This document shows positions 38,198 through 48,879 of a DNA stretch of 64,000 nucleotides, piece by piece (position 1 is the first letter of the stretch; every line of letters begins with the position of its first letter). This DNA is from Waddliaceae bacterium (GTDB lineage: Bacteria > Chlamydiota > Chlamydiia > Chlamydiales > SLFE01): NCBI GenBank assembly GCA_963783885.1, contig CAWAPJ010000005.1:1-64000 (forward strand). The letters are read 5' to 3'. A program made the position numbers and the translations under genes. The notes under the pieces are model-generated. The model did not search any database. It was not told the DNA's origin and saw nothing but the letters and a program-made list of their open reading frames with translations.

Positions 38198-38527
38198 TTA
38201 AGTTTTAGGCGCTTTCACAATGTATGTCAGTACAGTTATTACGAATACAAGAAGGCTGATGATCATCATAAAGCCTGCAGGCATCCATTTCGTAGTAGAA
38301 ATATAACGATAAATGAAAAATGCTGTCAATATAAGACTTAATAGGGAAGCTGCGTAGAGCCCGAAAATAAACTCTTTCATAATCAGCAAAGCTGAAATTA
38401 CCAGCAGAAAACCAAATAGACTCCCGGTGACGATAGAGGCGGTGCTTCCGGCGATGAAATAGCCGATTATACCTCCGGCGATGGTCAGCAGGCCGTAAAA
38501 TCCAACAACGGTTGATAATGTTTTCAA
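38198..38527 (-). CDS. TMEM14-family membrane protein
   Basis: YGLL..AGGIIGY..AGS.ASI..G..FG, KWMPAG. Confidence 0.82.
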   Translation of the reverse strand: MKTLSTVVGFYGLLTIAGGIIGYFIAGSTASIVTGSLFGFLLVISALLIMKEFIFGLYAASLLSLILTAFFIYRYISTTKWMPAGFMMIISLLVFVITVLTYIVKAPKT

Positions 38528-39303
38528 AGAATCAGCTCCTTATCTAAATTAAATTGTTCAACGAGAAAATTTTGCGCGGTTTGCCAGGATCGCTTGGCCG
38601 CATAGGGTTGATATACGGTCCCTTTGTCGGCATCGCGGGCCTTTGGATTGGTAAAAGCGTGCATTGTGTGGCCATAGATATGAAATTGCCAGTCGACATT
38701 GGCCTCATCGAGTTCGTGAAGAACTTTTTTAATGTCTGTATCGGAAACCAGAGGATCGTCATGGCCGTGCAAAAACAAAACCGATCCTTTTAGCTTATCG
38801 GCATTCGGGGGTCTTTTGGCTTTAACTTCGCCTAAAACATCTGCCAGTACTCCATGAAAGCTGATAACGGATCGTACGTCGGCGCCGCTTCGCAGAAGTT
38901 CAAGAACCGTGAGGCCGCCAAAACAAAATCCGATAGCAGAAATACGCGTTTCATCCGTTTGCTTCAGATCTTTCACCAAATTCACGGCTGCATTGATCCG
39001 GTCCTGCAGAAGTTTGCGATTTTCAAAGAGGGGAAGCATCAGAGCCATTGATTCTTCATCGTCTTCGGCATTGATGCCGTCGCCATAAACATCAGCAGCA
39101 AAACCGACATACCCCATTTCCGCCAGGGCAACAGCTTTTTCACGGGCAAAATCATCCAGCCCCCTCCAGGCATGAGCTATCACAATAGCGGGTCTGGGAT
39201 GATCAAACTCATCCTCATAAGCTACAAATCCCCGCATTTTCTCCCCGTTAACCGGATAAGTAATTTCAGAAGTATACAAGCCCCCTCCTCCATTTTTAGC
39301 CAT
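38524..39303 (-). CDS. dienelactone hydrolase family protein
   Basis: IGFCFGG, SFHG, HG.DDP, HAFTNP. Confidence 0.9.
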   Translation of the reverse strand: MAKNGGGGLYTSEITYPVNGEKMRGFVAYEDEFDHPRPAIVIAHAWRGLDDFAREKAVALAEMGYVGFAADVYGDGINAEDDEESMALMLPLFENRKLLQDRINAAVNLVKDLKQTDETRISAIGFCFGGLTVLELLRSGADVRSVISFHGVLADVLGEVKAKRPPNADKLKGSVLFLHGHDDPLVSDTDIKKVLHELDEANVDWQFHIYGHTMHAFTNPKARDADKGTVYQPYAAKRSWQTAQNFLVEQFNLDKELIL

Positions 39304-39448
39304 AGCTGATATTACGGCCTCAATGCAACTTTGTAAAGAAATTCCTGCAATTCGTTCAAATATATTTTTCTTATATGAATCGTGTCACTTGAATATAACT
39401 CGTCTTATTATATAGAATAGTAAAATTAATGAATCAGGAAGGTCAAAT

Positions 39449-41161
39449 ATGAAAAAGCAATATGCAGTGATAGTATTTCTTTTATTCAGTTTCACGAATC
39501 TAAAGGGCGGCTATGAAATTTCCAAAGCAGAAATGCTCAACTATAGCGATTCTCTCAATGCGTTATTTGATTCCAGATATGCCCCTGCAGAATGGAAGCG
39601 AGAATATTGCCAATGGGACTTGAATCAGGAGATTGCCCGCTTTAAAAATAGCATTGAGGATCAGAAAACGGCAACTATCAAAGATTTTCATCGCCAGCTC
39701 GGAAAATTTATACGGTCAATGAAAGATTACCACGTCAATGCCTATTTCTATTGCACAGAATCTGCCTGCCTGCCTTTTAAGGTCAAGCGATTGGAAGATC
39801 GCTATTTTCTCACATATGTGGACGAAAGTAAATTTGCTTTCTTCCATGCAGGCGACGAACTTGTTGAGTTTGACGGAAGAAATCCCGATGATGTGGTTCA
39901 AGAGATGAAGCGGCTCGCAAGCCATTCAGCGACTCCCGAAACAGATCAGTGTCTTGCCGAGATCAATCTCACCAGTCGATTTGCCAATATCGGCAATAAA
40001 GTTCCTAAGGGGCCCATTACCATTTCGGTCAGGGATAAGGATACGAAAGAGTTGAAAACCCACCAAATGATCTGGACATACAAACCGGAGGTGATTCAGG
40101 ATTTTGCAGTGGCTAAATATAAAAGCCCTTTGCTGCCTAAATGGCTTGACAAGGACAGAATGAAATGCGACAGAGCATTGCCGCTTGTTCAAAACTACCT
40201 TCCCTTTTCTTGCTGCGGAGAAGAAGAGCCCATGACTCTCGACCCGAATGAAATCGGAGCAAAAAGATCCTTTTTGCCAAAGCTGGGTTCGGTATGCTGG
40301 GAGACCAATCCATCTAATTCTATCCACGCTTACCTCTTTATCAACGATCAAGGGAAGACGATCGGGTATCTTAGGATTCCGCACTATATGTTGGATTTGG
40401 AAGAGCTTCAAGAAATCCAGGGAATTCTCGAGATCATCAATGAAAATGCCGAGGTGCTGGTCATTGATCAATTAAATAATCCCGGAGGCAATCTGTTTGT
40501 TTTGTATGCCATTGCCTCAATGCTGACCGACAGGCCCCTTGTTACGCCCAAAGAGCATATGCTTTTATCGCAAGAAGAGGTCATGGAAGCAGGCATGATG
40601 ATCGATTACCTGAATCTGATTGAGTCTGACGACGACGCGAAAGCGCTACTGGGAGAGACATTTTTTGGAGCGCCTGTGAATTATCAGACAGCTCAATTTA
40701 TGAAAGAATATTTCCGGTTTATTATCGACCAATGGAAAGAGGGAAAAATATACACCGATCTGACCCACATGTATGGTATCGACCATGTCAATCCTCATCC
40801 GGCAGTTAAATTCACAAAACCGATTGTGCTTCTTATCAATAGTCTTGATTTTTCCTGCGGCGATTTCTTTCCCGCCATCATGAAAGACAATGACCGGGCA
40901 ACGCTTGTTGGTGCAAGGACTGCCGGAGCCGGAGGGTACGTCCTGCCTCATTTTATGGCCAACAGGCTGGGAGTTGCCGTTATCACACTTACCGGATCTC
41001 TTGGTATTCGATCAAACGGAAAACCGATAGAAAATCTGGGCGTCACCCCACATGTCATTAATGAGTTATCTCAGTCTGATATAGAGAATGGGTTTCAGGA
41101 TTACACGCGTAAAATTAATGAGATTGTCGACGAGAAAATGAAAGATTTGGATGAAGGTTAA
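39449..41161 (+). CDS. chlamydial protease-like activity factor (CPAF, S41 peptidase)
   Basis: signal peptide, YAPAEWK, KDYH, DQLNNPGG, DFSCGDFFPAI, RTAGAGG, IENLGV.P. Confidence 0.88.
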   Translation: MKKQYAVIVFLLFSFTNLKGGYEISKAEMLNYSDSLNALFDSRYAPAEWKREYCQWDLNQEIARFKNSIEDQKTATIKDFHRQLGKFIRSMKDYHVNAYFYCTESACLPFKVKRLEDRYFLTYVDESKFAFFHAGDELVEFDGRNPDDVVQEMKRLASHSATPETDQCLAEINLTSRFANIGNKVPKGPITISVRDKDTKELKTHQMIWTYKPEVIQDFAVAKYKSPLLPKWLDKDRMKCDRALPLVQNYLPFSCCGEEEPMTLDPNEIGAKRSFLPKLGSVCWETNPSNSIHAYLFINDQGKTIGYLRIPHYMLDLEELQEIQGILEIINENAEVLVIDQLNNPGGNLFVLYAIASMLTDRPLVTPKEHMLLSQEEVMEAGMMIDYLNLIESDDDAKALLGETFFGAPVNYQTAQFMKEYFRFIIDQWKEGKIYTDLTHMYGIDHVNPHPAVKFTKPIVLLINSLDFSCGDFFPAIMKDNDRATLVGARTAGAGGYVLPHFMANRLGVAVITLTGSLGIRSNGKPIENLGVTPHVINELSQSDIENGFQDYTRKINEIVDEKMKDLDEG

Positions 41162-41180
41162 TCTTCATCCAAATCTTTCA
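41139..41180. terminator. 18-bp perfect hairpin between convergent genes
   Basis: TGAAAGATTTGGATGAAG-GTTAAT-CTTCATCCAAATCTTTCA. Confidence 0.7.
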
Positions 41181-41187
41181 GGCTTGA

Positions 41188-43002
41188 TTATTGTTTTTCC
41201 TTTTCACCGGATGTAATAAGGTCTGAGAATTTCTCATAAAGGGGAATAAATCCCTCAGATATCGTTGCTCCTGTAAATTTAACAATAGATGTTAAATATG
41301 AAGCTTTGTCGGTTTCTTTGACATGCATTCGTTCCTGAATTTTCTTAAGCAGCTCTTCCAGAATAATTTTTTGAATCGTAGCCGCGTACCACCTGGCATG
41401 ATAATCTTGAACTTCTTGGAGAAGGTTTTCATAATCTTTAGGACTATTGGCCTTTTGGAGTGCCGCTTTATCTGTTTTGGTATAGTCTTTTCTGACATTC
41501 TCCTCAATGACTTTTTCAAGCAGCTCAATCGTTTGCGTCAAAATTTCTTTTTGACTTTCTTCTTTTGATCTAAGATCTTCTCTTATCTTATCAAATATTT
41601 TTTTATATTCCCCATAGGGAGCTTTTAGATATTTTTGTTGATCCTCCTTTCCCATGGACTCATGACATCTAAGAACCAATTCAATTATTTCTTTTGACGA
41701 TAGAATTTCGTATAAGAATTTCAACCCATTATTGATAACTTCTTTTTTATTATTATTGTTAAGAATATGATTTTGCCCTATTTCCTCCTTGTCTTTGTAT
41801 TGCGCTACCTTTGGGTTGTTATAATAGTTATCGTCAATTTCTTTTTTCCTGTGATTTAACTTGGTGCAATGTGTTACCATTTGTTTCAGACATAAATAAG
41901 ATAATTTATAATTGCTATCACGAGTTTGGATTCTTTCCTGTTGTTTTTTTTGCCTGTTTATTCTGGGCTCGACACTTTCGGGTAGTTCTGAAGATGTAGG
42001 AATACAGTGTCTCTTGCATTGTTCAAGCCCCTCCTTGGAAATATCCAGCGGACGAAAATCTTCTCTAGTCTGCCTGAGATATTTTATCATTTCTTCCCAG
42101 GCATTTCCGTTTTCCCCGAGATAACTTTTTAGTTGTTCTTGAACATTCTTAAGAGGATAAAATATTCTGCCATATTCACTGCGTAAAACAAATTCAAAAT
42201 CTTTCATAAAATTCGCTGGATTTTTTACTCTTCCATACACTGCCTTCGGTACTTCGCTGGAAATTCTTTTATATACTGCCGCATACAATAAAATGGTTTC
42301 TTTTACCTTTTGGGCAAGCAGTATATAAGATTCTTGTTCCTTGAGGATTTCCTTGCATTTTTTGAGCTGGGAAGCAAATGGATTCACTTCGCCTTCTGTC
42401 ATATTTTCGCTGACAATGAGAGCAGAATCTGTAGTCTCTGAAAATTCAACCCAAAGTGCGTCAGCAGAGATCTCAATTGGCATCTTAGTTAATTTTTCTT
42501 GCTTAGCTGAAGGTTTTACGAGTTTTTTCTGAGGGGGAGTTTTTTGTTTAGCAACATAATTTTTGATAATTTTTCCTTCATTTATTTCAACGCCCTTCTT
42601 TTTGGAAAGAGGTTTTCGGGGACGATATACTTTTTTAGTCTTAGCCTGAGATCTGGTTACTCTTTTAGTTTGGGGAAGAGTTTTTTTAGATATTTCTTGA
42701 ATTTTTTTATCTTGCTTTTTGATCCAATTCTGAACGCCTTTTTCTTTAATTTTCGGGAATTCCTCTTTTAATAATTTGAGCGAGATCCCATTTACGATTT
42801 CCGTAAGTTTTCGTCGCGCTTTATCTTTTGTCTCATCGGACAGCTCTTTGATTCTAGGTTCATTACCGGTTGGGGATTTTTTTAGCTCTTCATACAAAAT
42901 TGTTAATAATTCTGTAAAAATATCCTGTTTTTCGCTAACCCAACTTGTATACTTGTCTAAAGTGTCATCCGGTCTGCAATCGCGTATGGTATTTGTAACC
43001 AT
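41188..43002 (-). CDS. hypothetical Lys/Glu-rich coiled-coil protein
   Basis: 604-aa ORF, GAGGAGG RBS, AT-rich. Confidence 0.75.
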   Translation of the reverse strand: MVTNTIRDCRPDDTLDKYTSWVSEKQDIFTELLTILYEELKKSPTGNEPRIKELSDETKDKARRKLTEIVNGISLKLLKEEFPKIKEKGVQNWIKKQDKKIQEISKKTLPQTKRVTRSQAKTKKVYRPRKPLSKKKGVEINEGKIIKNYVAKQKTPPQKKLVKPSAKQEKLTKMPIEISADALWVEFSETTDSALIVSENMTEGEVNPFASQLKKCKEILKEQESYILLAQKVKETILLYAAVYKRISSEVPKAVYGRVKNPANFMKDFEFVLRSEYGRIFYPLKNVQEQLKSYLGENGNAWEEMIKYLRQTREDFRPLDISKEGLEQCKRHCIPTSSELPESVEPRINRQKKQQERIQTRDSNYKLSYLCLKQMVTHCTKLNHRKKEIDDNYYNNPKVAQYKDKEEIGQNHILNNNNKKEVINNGLKFLYEILSSKEIIELVLRCHESMGKEDQQKYLKAPYGEYKKIFDKIREDLRSKEESQKEILTQTIELLEKVIEENVRKDYTKTDKAALQKANSPKDYENLLQEVQDYHARWYAATIQKIILEELLKKIQERMHVKETDKASYLTSIVKFTGATISEGFIPLYEKFSDLITSGEKEKQ

Positions 43003-43244
43003 GTTAAAAGCCTCCTCTTAAAATCCTGATTTTAGTCATAACAAGCATCTAAAAAATTCCTGTTATGAATCAATAGCCTTGATTTTTTATAAGAGGATCA
43101 TTGTTGTCAAATTAAAAATCCATTTGGATTTGTCGCTGGATGAGATAGCACTATTTCTGACAATAAAAAAATAAACTGAAATAAAAATATTTTTAATTAG
43201 AAGTGTATTTAGTTTAATTTCTTATATTAAATTTATTGTATTTG

Positions 43245-43979
43245 TTAATTTCTGAATCTAATGACATGGAACGCCTTATCTGTATTCAGATTATATCTGA
43301 CGATAGTGAAAAATTTGATAGGAAGAAGTTTGAAATTTTTATTTGTGTCACGAAGGATTCCCGCATAAGAACCTTCAATGTAGACATAGCCATTTTTTTT
43401 ATATAATTTATAGTGTCTTTTGGATGTGTCTTCGAAAGGCAAAAAACCGGTCGTTATCGAATCTATTGATGCCAAGACAAGCCAGTTAAGATCGCATCCA
43501 ATTCTTTGGTTAAAAATTCTGGTAATTGTCAACAAGAGTTCATCATCGCCTTCGACTATCTTATCAATGCGATCCAAGGCAAATTTTAGGGCGGTAGAAT
43601 CCCTCGGCACAATTTCGTCTTCAATCGTGCAAGGGCTTCTAGAGATATCCAGGGCAAACAGAGAGTCGATCTTTTTTGACTTGCCCCTTATTTTGGTATT
43701 TATAATATTGGACTCGAAGGATGAAAGCAGCTTTCCTTGTAAATAATTTTTTCGTCGCAGATTCAGATTTGTGAATAGAGCGCCATGAATAATTTGAGTT
43801 TTCTTTCGTTTCTCATAGGTAGTGCAAAACTTTTTTTTGCCCTGCGGAAGTTTACTGGATTCCTTGGCTTTAATATGCTGTATATCATAGGGAAGTACAT
43901 AGTATCCAAGCATTGGGTTTGTTACAGTCATACTCATAATAACTTTTATAACATTGACCCAATTTTTTTTGTCAGTCAA
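43245..43979 (-). CDS. hypothetical protein
   Basis: 244-aa ORF; true start probably near 43931-43937. Confidence 0.6.
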   Translation of the reverse strand: MTDKKNWVNVIKVIMSMTVTNPMLGYYVLPYDIQHIKAKESSKLPQGKKKFCTTYEKRKKTQIIHGALFTNLNLRRKNYLQGKLLSSFESNIINTKIRGKSKKIDSLFALDISRSPCTIEDEIVPRDSTALKFALDRIDKIVEGDDELLLTITRIFNQRIGCDLNWLVLASIDSITTGFLPFEDTSKRHYKLYKKNGYVYIEGSYAGILRDTNKNFKLLPIKFFTIVRYNLNTDKAFHVIRFRN

Positions 43980-43989
43980 AATTAACTAC

Positions 43990-45228
43990 ATGAAGATTTT
44001 AATCATTACTCGTTATTTCCCTCCTCTTCAAGGAATTGGGACAGAGCGAATTGCCTCTTGGGACAAGTATTTCCGAAAAATGGGACATGAAACGACAGTT
44101 TTAACGACTGCAAAGCAAGATTCTACGTCCTATTCTCATGTCATAGAAGTGCCTTATTTCGATCCAATTGACTTTTTTGGCGGGGAACATCTGAAACAGG
44201 GATTGTCGGAAAAAAAATCACGGCTGATGCGTTTTTATCGAACTCGGATGAATGAAAGGCTGCCAGGAAGGACTGATCCCTGGATTATTCCGGCTATCAA
44301 AGAGATGAGAAAGCTGTGCGGATATGATCTGATTATCAGTACTTATGGGCCTCCGTCGGCTCATATAATCGGTTATTTTGCAAAAAAACATCTTGGGGGA
44401 GTATGGCTGGCTGATTTTCGCGACCTTTGGATTGAGAACCACAATTACGAAGGACTTTGGCCATTTACGATTTTGGAAAAATGGTGGGAGAAAAAAGTTT
44501 GCGGAAAAGCCGATGCTCTTTTGACGGTCTCCAAAGGGTTAAAAGAGGTATTGGCAAAGAAATATCCCCAAAAAGAGGTTATTGTTATTCCAAACGGGTA
44601 TGATGAAGAGTCCTATTTAAAAGCCTCAAATCGATATTTTGCCGGCCGCAAGAAAAAATTCCGGCTGGTCTATACAGGGACAATCTATGAGGGAAAGCAT
44701 CGGCTGGAACCGCTATTTGAGTCCTTGCAGAAGCTTATCTCCCTAGATAGGGAGTTTCCCGAAAAATTCGAGTTGTTATTTTACGGGCAGCCATCAGGCT
44801 ATTTGAATCAGGCAATTGACGCGTATTCTCTGCGCAATGTTGTTTTTTATGAGGGGCTGCTCCCTCCAGGTGAAATCAAGAGTGTCCAACTATCTGCAGA
44901 TGCCTTTTTGCAGATCCATTTCGATTATGATCGCTACGGTGGACTTGTCAGTGGGAAGATTTATGAATATTTATATGCAGGCAAACCTATTTTGGGGGTG
45001 GGGATACCCAAAAAATCTGAACTGGGGCAATTAATCAAAAAGGCTAAATCAGGGCTGCTTTGCGAAACCCAAGGAGAAATACAAAAAACCCTGCTCGCTT
45101 TGATGGAAAAGGGCGAATTCCATCAAAGCGAGCAGGGTTTTATTAAAAGATATTCACGCAAGCGTCAGGCAGAGGAGATCATAGCCGCCGCCAAAGCATT
45201 TTCCCAGCGAATGATATCTTCCTCCTGA
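43990..45228 (+). CDS. GT-B (family 4-like) glycosyltransferase
   Basis: MKILIITRYFPP, ADFRDLW, IPNGYD, YTGT.Y, GKIYEYL..GKPIL. Confidence 0.88.
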   Translation: MKILIITRYFPPLQGIGTERIASWDKYFRKMGHETTVLTTAKQDSTSYSHVIEVPYFDPIDFFGGEHLKQGLSEKKSRLMRFYRTRMNERLPGRTDPWIIPAIKEMRKLCGYDLIISTYGPPSAHIIGYFAKKHLGGVWLADFRDLWIENHNYEGLWPFTILEKWWEKKVCGKADALLTVSKGLKEVLAKKYPQKEVIVIPNGYDEESYLKASNRYFAGRKKKFRLVYTGTIYEGKHRLEPLFESLQKLISLDREFPEKFELLFYGQPSGYLNQAIDAYSLRNVVFYEGLLPPGEIKSVQLSADAFLQIHFDYDRYGGLVSGKIYEYLYAGKPILGVGIPKKSELGQLIKKAKSGLLCETQGEIQKTLLALMEKGEFHQSEQGFIKRYSRKRQAEEIIAAAKAFSQRMISSS

Positions 45229-45809
45229 CAGGCGTCTAAGCCTAAAACATGAGGAAATTGCAAATGCAGGGGGCGTTCCAAAAGGTTATATTTCAAATTA
45301 TATTCCAGTTGGACGCCTGATTCCAAAGCATGTCTGAGAAGCTGCTGATATTCTTGTTTATGGGTGATCATCAAGCGGTTTTTCCTAAAAAACAAACCCG
45401 GATGGACCCAAACGACTTCTTTTTCCGGTGTCAGCGATTTAGCATAGTCGATCACTTCTTTCCATGCTGTCATAAACAAAGTAAAATTCGGGGTAAAATC
45501 ATGTTCAGCGATACCGATAACATCGGCAATTTTGAGGTGTTCTTCTAATATGTCCAGCTCTCCATCTTCTAGTATTTTGGCTTCAAATCCGACTCTGGCC
45601 TTTACATTGTAATTTTGAGAATATTTCTGAATTGAAAAGGCGTACTCTTCAATATCATATTGAGGGATGCGGGAGATGTGTTCGAGAAAAATTAATTCCT
45701 CGACCCCATAATGCTGAGACATTTTAAAGTAGTCTTCCACAGAGAGTTGCCCTTCTGTGGCGTCGGTGTGGAGATGAAACCAGTAAGAATGTTGACTATG
45801 AGATAACAT
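45165..45809 (-). CDS. PHP-domain-like protein
   Basis: FHLHTD.TEG, FLEH, GFEAK, WVHPG, GLDAC. Confidence 0.7.
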   Translation of the reverse strand: MLSHSQHSYWFHLHTDATEGQLSVEDYFKMSQHYGVEELIFLEHISRIPQYDIEEYAFSIQKYSQNYNVKARVGFEAKILEDGELDILEEHLKIADVIGIAEHDFTPNFTLFMTAWKEVIDYAKSLTPEKEVVWVHPGLFFRKNRLMITHKQEYQQLLRHALESGVQLEYNLKYNLLERPLHLQFPHVLGLDACQEEDIIRWENALAAAMISSA

Positions 45810-46213
45810 AAATTATTTCCTCCATCATAAATGGCAGCACAAAAATCCCGAAGTTTCTGAAAATGAATTAAATAAGAAATTGAAAGAAGATCGCTATATG
45901 AATTTTGCTTGTCTTGGCTTCCGGTACCGAGTGTTGCCACTATAAGTTCCCTGGATGTTTCAGACCGCACCCTGCGTTTTGCCGGGCAGGCCCTTCTGAA
46001 CCGCTTATACTTTACCTGAATCAAGAGGGCAAGAAAAAATTTAATCACCTGAAGTTGAATAAAATAGAGGGCTTTATGTTAGATGATTCCAATTATGGGC
46101 CTAACGATTTCGAGAAAAGATTTTAAAGCTAATATGGCAGATGTGTACAGCCAGTCGTCGGCAGGCCCTTTAAATTTCTTGTAAAGCGAATTATCCCGAT
46201 TGCTACCTAAACC

Positions 46214-46618
46214 TTAATCAAAATGAATGATTTGAATGGCTTTTCCGGTGTAGACTATGCCGTCTTCATATTCATGAACCATCATTTCTTCACCGGCCAT
46301 TTCTTCAAAATGGAATTGATTACTTAGTGCAAATGTTTCGTCATTCTTATCCACAAAAATCTGATAACCATAGTATTCGCCTTCGAGGCATGTGATCGTA
46401 TGAAAGCCCTCGAAAAAGGCAAAAAAATAAGAACCTGTTTCATCCTGGGAATACAAGACATTGGGAGTGGAAAGAACGTATGCCATAGGTACAGGTTCCA
46501 TTTTCAAAGCAATGTTGGACCCAATATCATCATGAAGATTCAAAAATTTATTTGTGGATCCAAAGCAGGCGGCAACAGCTGTAACGAGGACCAGGAAGGT
46601 CAAGGTATATTTAGGCAT
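46214..46618 (-). CDS. hypothetical secreted protein
   Basis: signal peptide; AGGAG RBS. Confidence 0.65.
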   Translation of the reverse strand: MPKYTLTFLVLVTAVAACFGSTNKFLNLHDDIGSNIALKMEPVPMAYVLSTPNVLYSQDETGSYFFAFFEGFHTITCLEGEYYGYQIFVDKNDETFALSNQFHFEEMAGEEMMVHEYEDGIVYTGKAIQIIHFD

Positions 46619-46662
46619 GGTCTTTCTCCTATATTGTAGAAATGATATAAATTTTAAATGAT

Positions 46663-47115
46663 TTGATGAAAAAAAGTAAAATAAATATCCTACTAGTGAT
46701 GAAAGTTCAAGACAAAACCTCTTTTAAAAAAAGATTTCCTTTTGATAGCCAGGGCCTTGTGAAAGCTCATCGTTTTCTTATTCAAACGATTATCGATCAT
46801 CGCGACAACGAGAACATAAATATCGAGTGCCTCTTTTATTCCGGAAACCGGAAGTCTCTATGTTCTACGATTGAATTCCGGAGACTGGCTGTTAAACCTC
46901 GAGGAGTTTATGGCATGAAAGGGCAGAATGAGGTGGCTCTGATGAAAAAAATGCTAAAATGGCAGGGGGAGGGGATTCCGGTTAAAGAGGATGTTATCGG
47001 AGCGCTAACGGGGAAAAATCTCCCAATTAACGATTTCAAGAGGTTTCGGGGTCTTGTTGAGGAATCCGGAGTCATCGTGGCTCAGTCAAGTTTAGTATTT
47101 GGCCGGCTTGCCTAA
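46663..47115 (+). CDS. hypothetical protein
   Basis: 150-aa ORF; start uncertain. Confidence 0.55.
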   Translation: MMKKSKINILLVMKVQDKTSFKKRFPFDSQGLVKAHRFLIQTIIDHRDNENINIECLFYSGNRKSLCSTIEFRRLAVKPRGVYGMKGQNEVALMKKMLKWQGEGIPVKEDVIGALTGKNLPINDFKRFRGLVEESGVIVAQSSLVFGRLA

Positions 47116-47135
47116 AAAATAGATGATTAGCATGA

Positions 47136-47444
47136 TTGGGATTAATGAAAATGAATCATGCCTTACTCATTTTATTCGTCGTTGTTACCGCCATATACTC
47201 TATCGCGAATCCTTTTTTAATTATCATAATCAATGTTGTCTGGGCTCATGTGTATGAAAGGGATTTTGTGCCGGCATGGTCAGCGATGATAGCGCTTTAT
47301 GTACTTCCGACACTTCCGATTTTTCTTACAGCACTTGCTTGGTATTTCTTGGCAGTGAAAAAGTATTTATTGTCGTTTGGATTTTTATGTTTGCCTGCAG
47401 TTTTTGTTTTGGGATATCTTATTATTGAACCTTTGATCAGCTAA
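47136..47444 (+). CDS. hypothetical membrane protein
   Basis: three hydrophobic segments. Confidence 0.55.
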   Translation: MGLMKMNHALLILFVVVTAIYSIANPFLIIIINVVWAHVYERDFVPAWSAMIALYVLPTLPIFLTALAWYFLAVKKYLLSFGFLCLPAVFVLGYLIIEPLIS

Positions 47445-48732
47445 CCGACTTTTCGATTCTCACCATTCTGCTTTCAAGATCGGCAATATCCTCATCATCT
47501 TTGAAATTTCTTTTTCCTGCTTCGTAGAGGTTTTTGATATGAGAAAGGAGAATTGTCTTTTTTTCTTCATCTTCAGTGATTCCCAAAACCCGTTCCAGCA
47601 TATCGACAATCCGGATGAGAACCAGGGGCTGCGATTTGGCATTTTGTTTGAGGGGATTGATTGCGGCATCCACGAAACTTTCATATGTGAACCGTTTTGA
47701 GATCACTCTTAGTTTTCCTTTTGAATCGTAATAGCATTGGGGAGGGAATCGTCTAATTGAAAGGAGAGTGAGCGCATCGCCCAAATGATCAATTACCGTG
47801 ATTGCGATGTAAGCATCATTGATTCCAGGGGAGAGGGCCTTTAAGCAGATTTCAAGGAGCTGTTCCAGCCTGAACTCAAAATCATCTTTAGGCATTCGTT
47901 CAAATCCGAGTTTAAAACAGCTTTTAATTTCGGAAGCAGTTTCTCCATCTAGGGGATATTCTGCAAAAAGGATCGCATTGCCTTTATGAATATAATCTCC
48001 AATTCGAAAACAAATATGGAAGACGTTGTCGTTATTTTCAGCAATCGAAACCAGCGATGCGGTATTAATTAATTGAATATATCCTGAAGATAATGCTTCA
48101 AAAGCATTATCTTTCTCGATGCGTTTTATTATATTTTTGGGTGCTTCCTCGTATTTAAATTCCCTTTCCTGAAGGTTTTCAATTTTTGCCCTTAATTCCT
48201 TTGCAATTGTTTCAATTATATGGTCGCTTTGTATTGAATTCGACATATGATGAATAAAGATGATAAATATTATAAAGGACATAACCATAACGGCAATACC
48301 TATGATTATGCTGAGTTGGGGGTGGAAGTCGGGATCGTTCAGGGTTGCCAAGAAAGTGACGACAAACATGCAATAGACAACAGCCCCAATAAACCAACCA
48401 AGCACCAGTTTGGTGAAATTGCTTGATCGGAAAACTTTCAAAACGTGCGAGCCGTACTGCTGGGAAACTACAGTTAAGACGAGCATGGTTACAGAAAACA
48501 GTAAAGTTGACATAGTCACAAGCGATGTAACAAGAGCTGAGAAAAGTTGAGTTGCGGCTTCGGGATTTCCGGTCCATATCCAAGCGAATACTTCTTTACC
48601 GATATGGGATAAATAAATGTCCCATTCAAAAATAAAAATCGCAAAAAAAGGGCTGACCAATGTCATGAGAACCGGTATGAACCAGAGACTGTTCATTAGC
48701 TTTTCTTTAAAATGAATGAAAGTTGTCTTCAT
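47437..48732 (-). CDS. DUF2254 membrane protein
   Basis: SLWFIP, FSVTMLVL..SQQYG, SGYIQ.I, KALSPGIND. Confidence 0.88.
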   Translation of the reverse strand: MKTTFIHFKEKLMNSLWFIPVLMTLVSPFFAIFIFEWDIYLSHIGKEVFAWIWTGNPEAATQLFSALVTSLVTMSTLLFSVTMLVLTVVSQQYGSHVLKVFRSSNFTKLVLGWFIGAVVYCMFVVTFLATLNDPDFHPQLSIIIGIAVMVMSFIIFIIFIHHMSNSIQSDHIIETIAKELRAKIENLQEREFKYEEAPKNIIKRIEKDNAFEALSSGYIQLINTASLVSIAENNDNVFHICFRIGDYIHKGNAILFAEYPLDGETASEIKSCFKLGFERMPKDDFEFRLEQLLEICLKALSPGINDAYIAITVIDHLGDALTLLSIRRFPPQCYYDSKGKLRVISKRFTYESFVDAAINPLKQNAKSQPLVLIRIVDMLERVLGITEDEEKKTILLSHIKNLYEAGKRNFKDDEDIADLESRMVRIEKSVS

Positions 48733-48879
48733 GATTTAAGAATTAACAGATGCGACTTTAGGATAGAAGAAAATATTTAAACCATACACAGACAATTAGC
48801 TAAGTTGTGTACTGTAATATTGAGAATTTAAGAATAATCGTCTTTTTTATCGCCAATCTTTAAGTGGATAGAGTATATA

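Noticed and set aside
45692-46126. Short ORFs at 45692-46048 (-) and 45905-46126 (+)
   Set aside because: No motifs or clear RBS and they overlap each other; cannot be supported as genes
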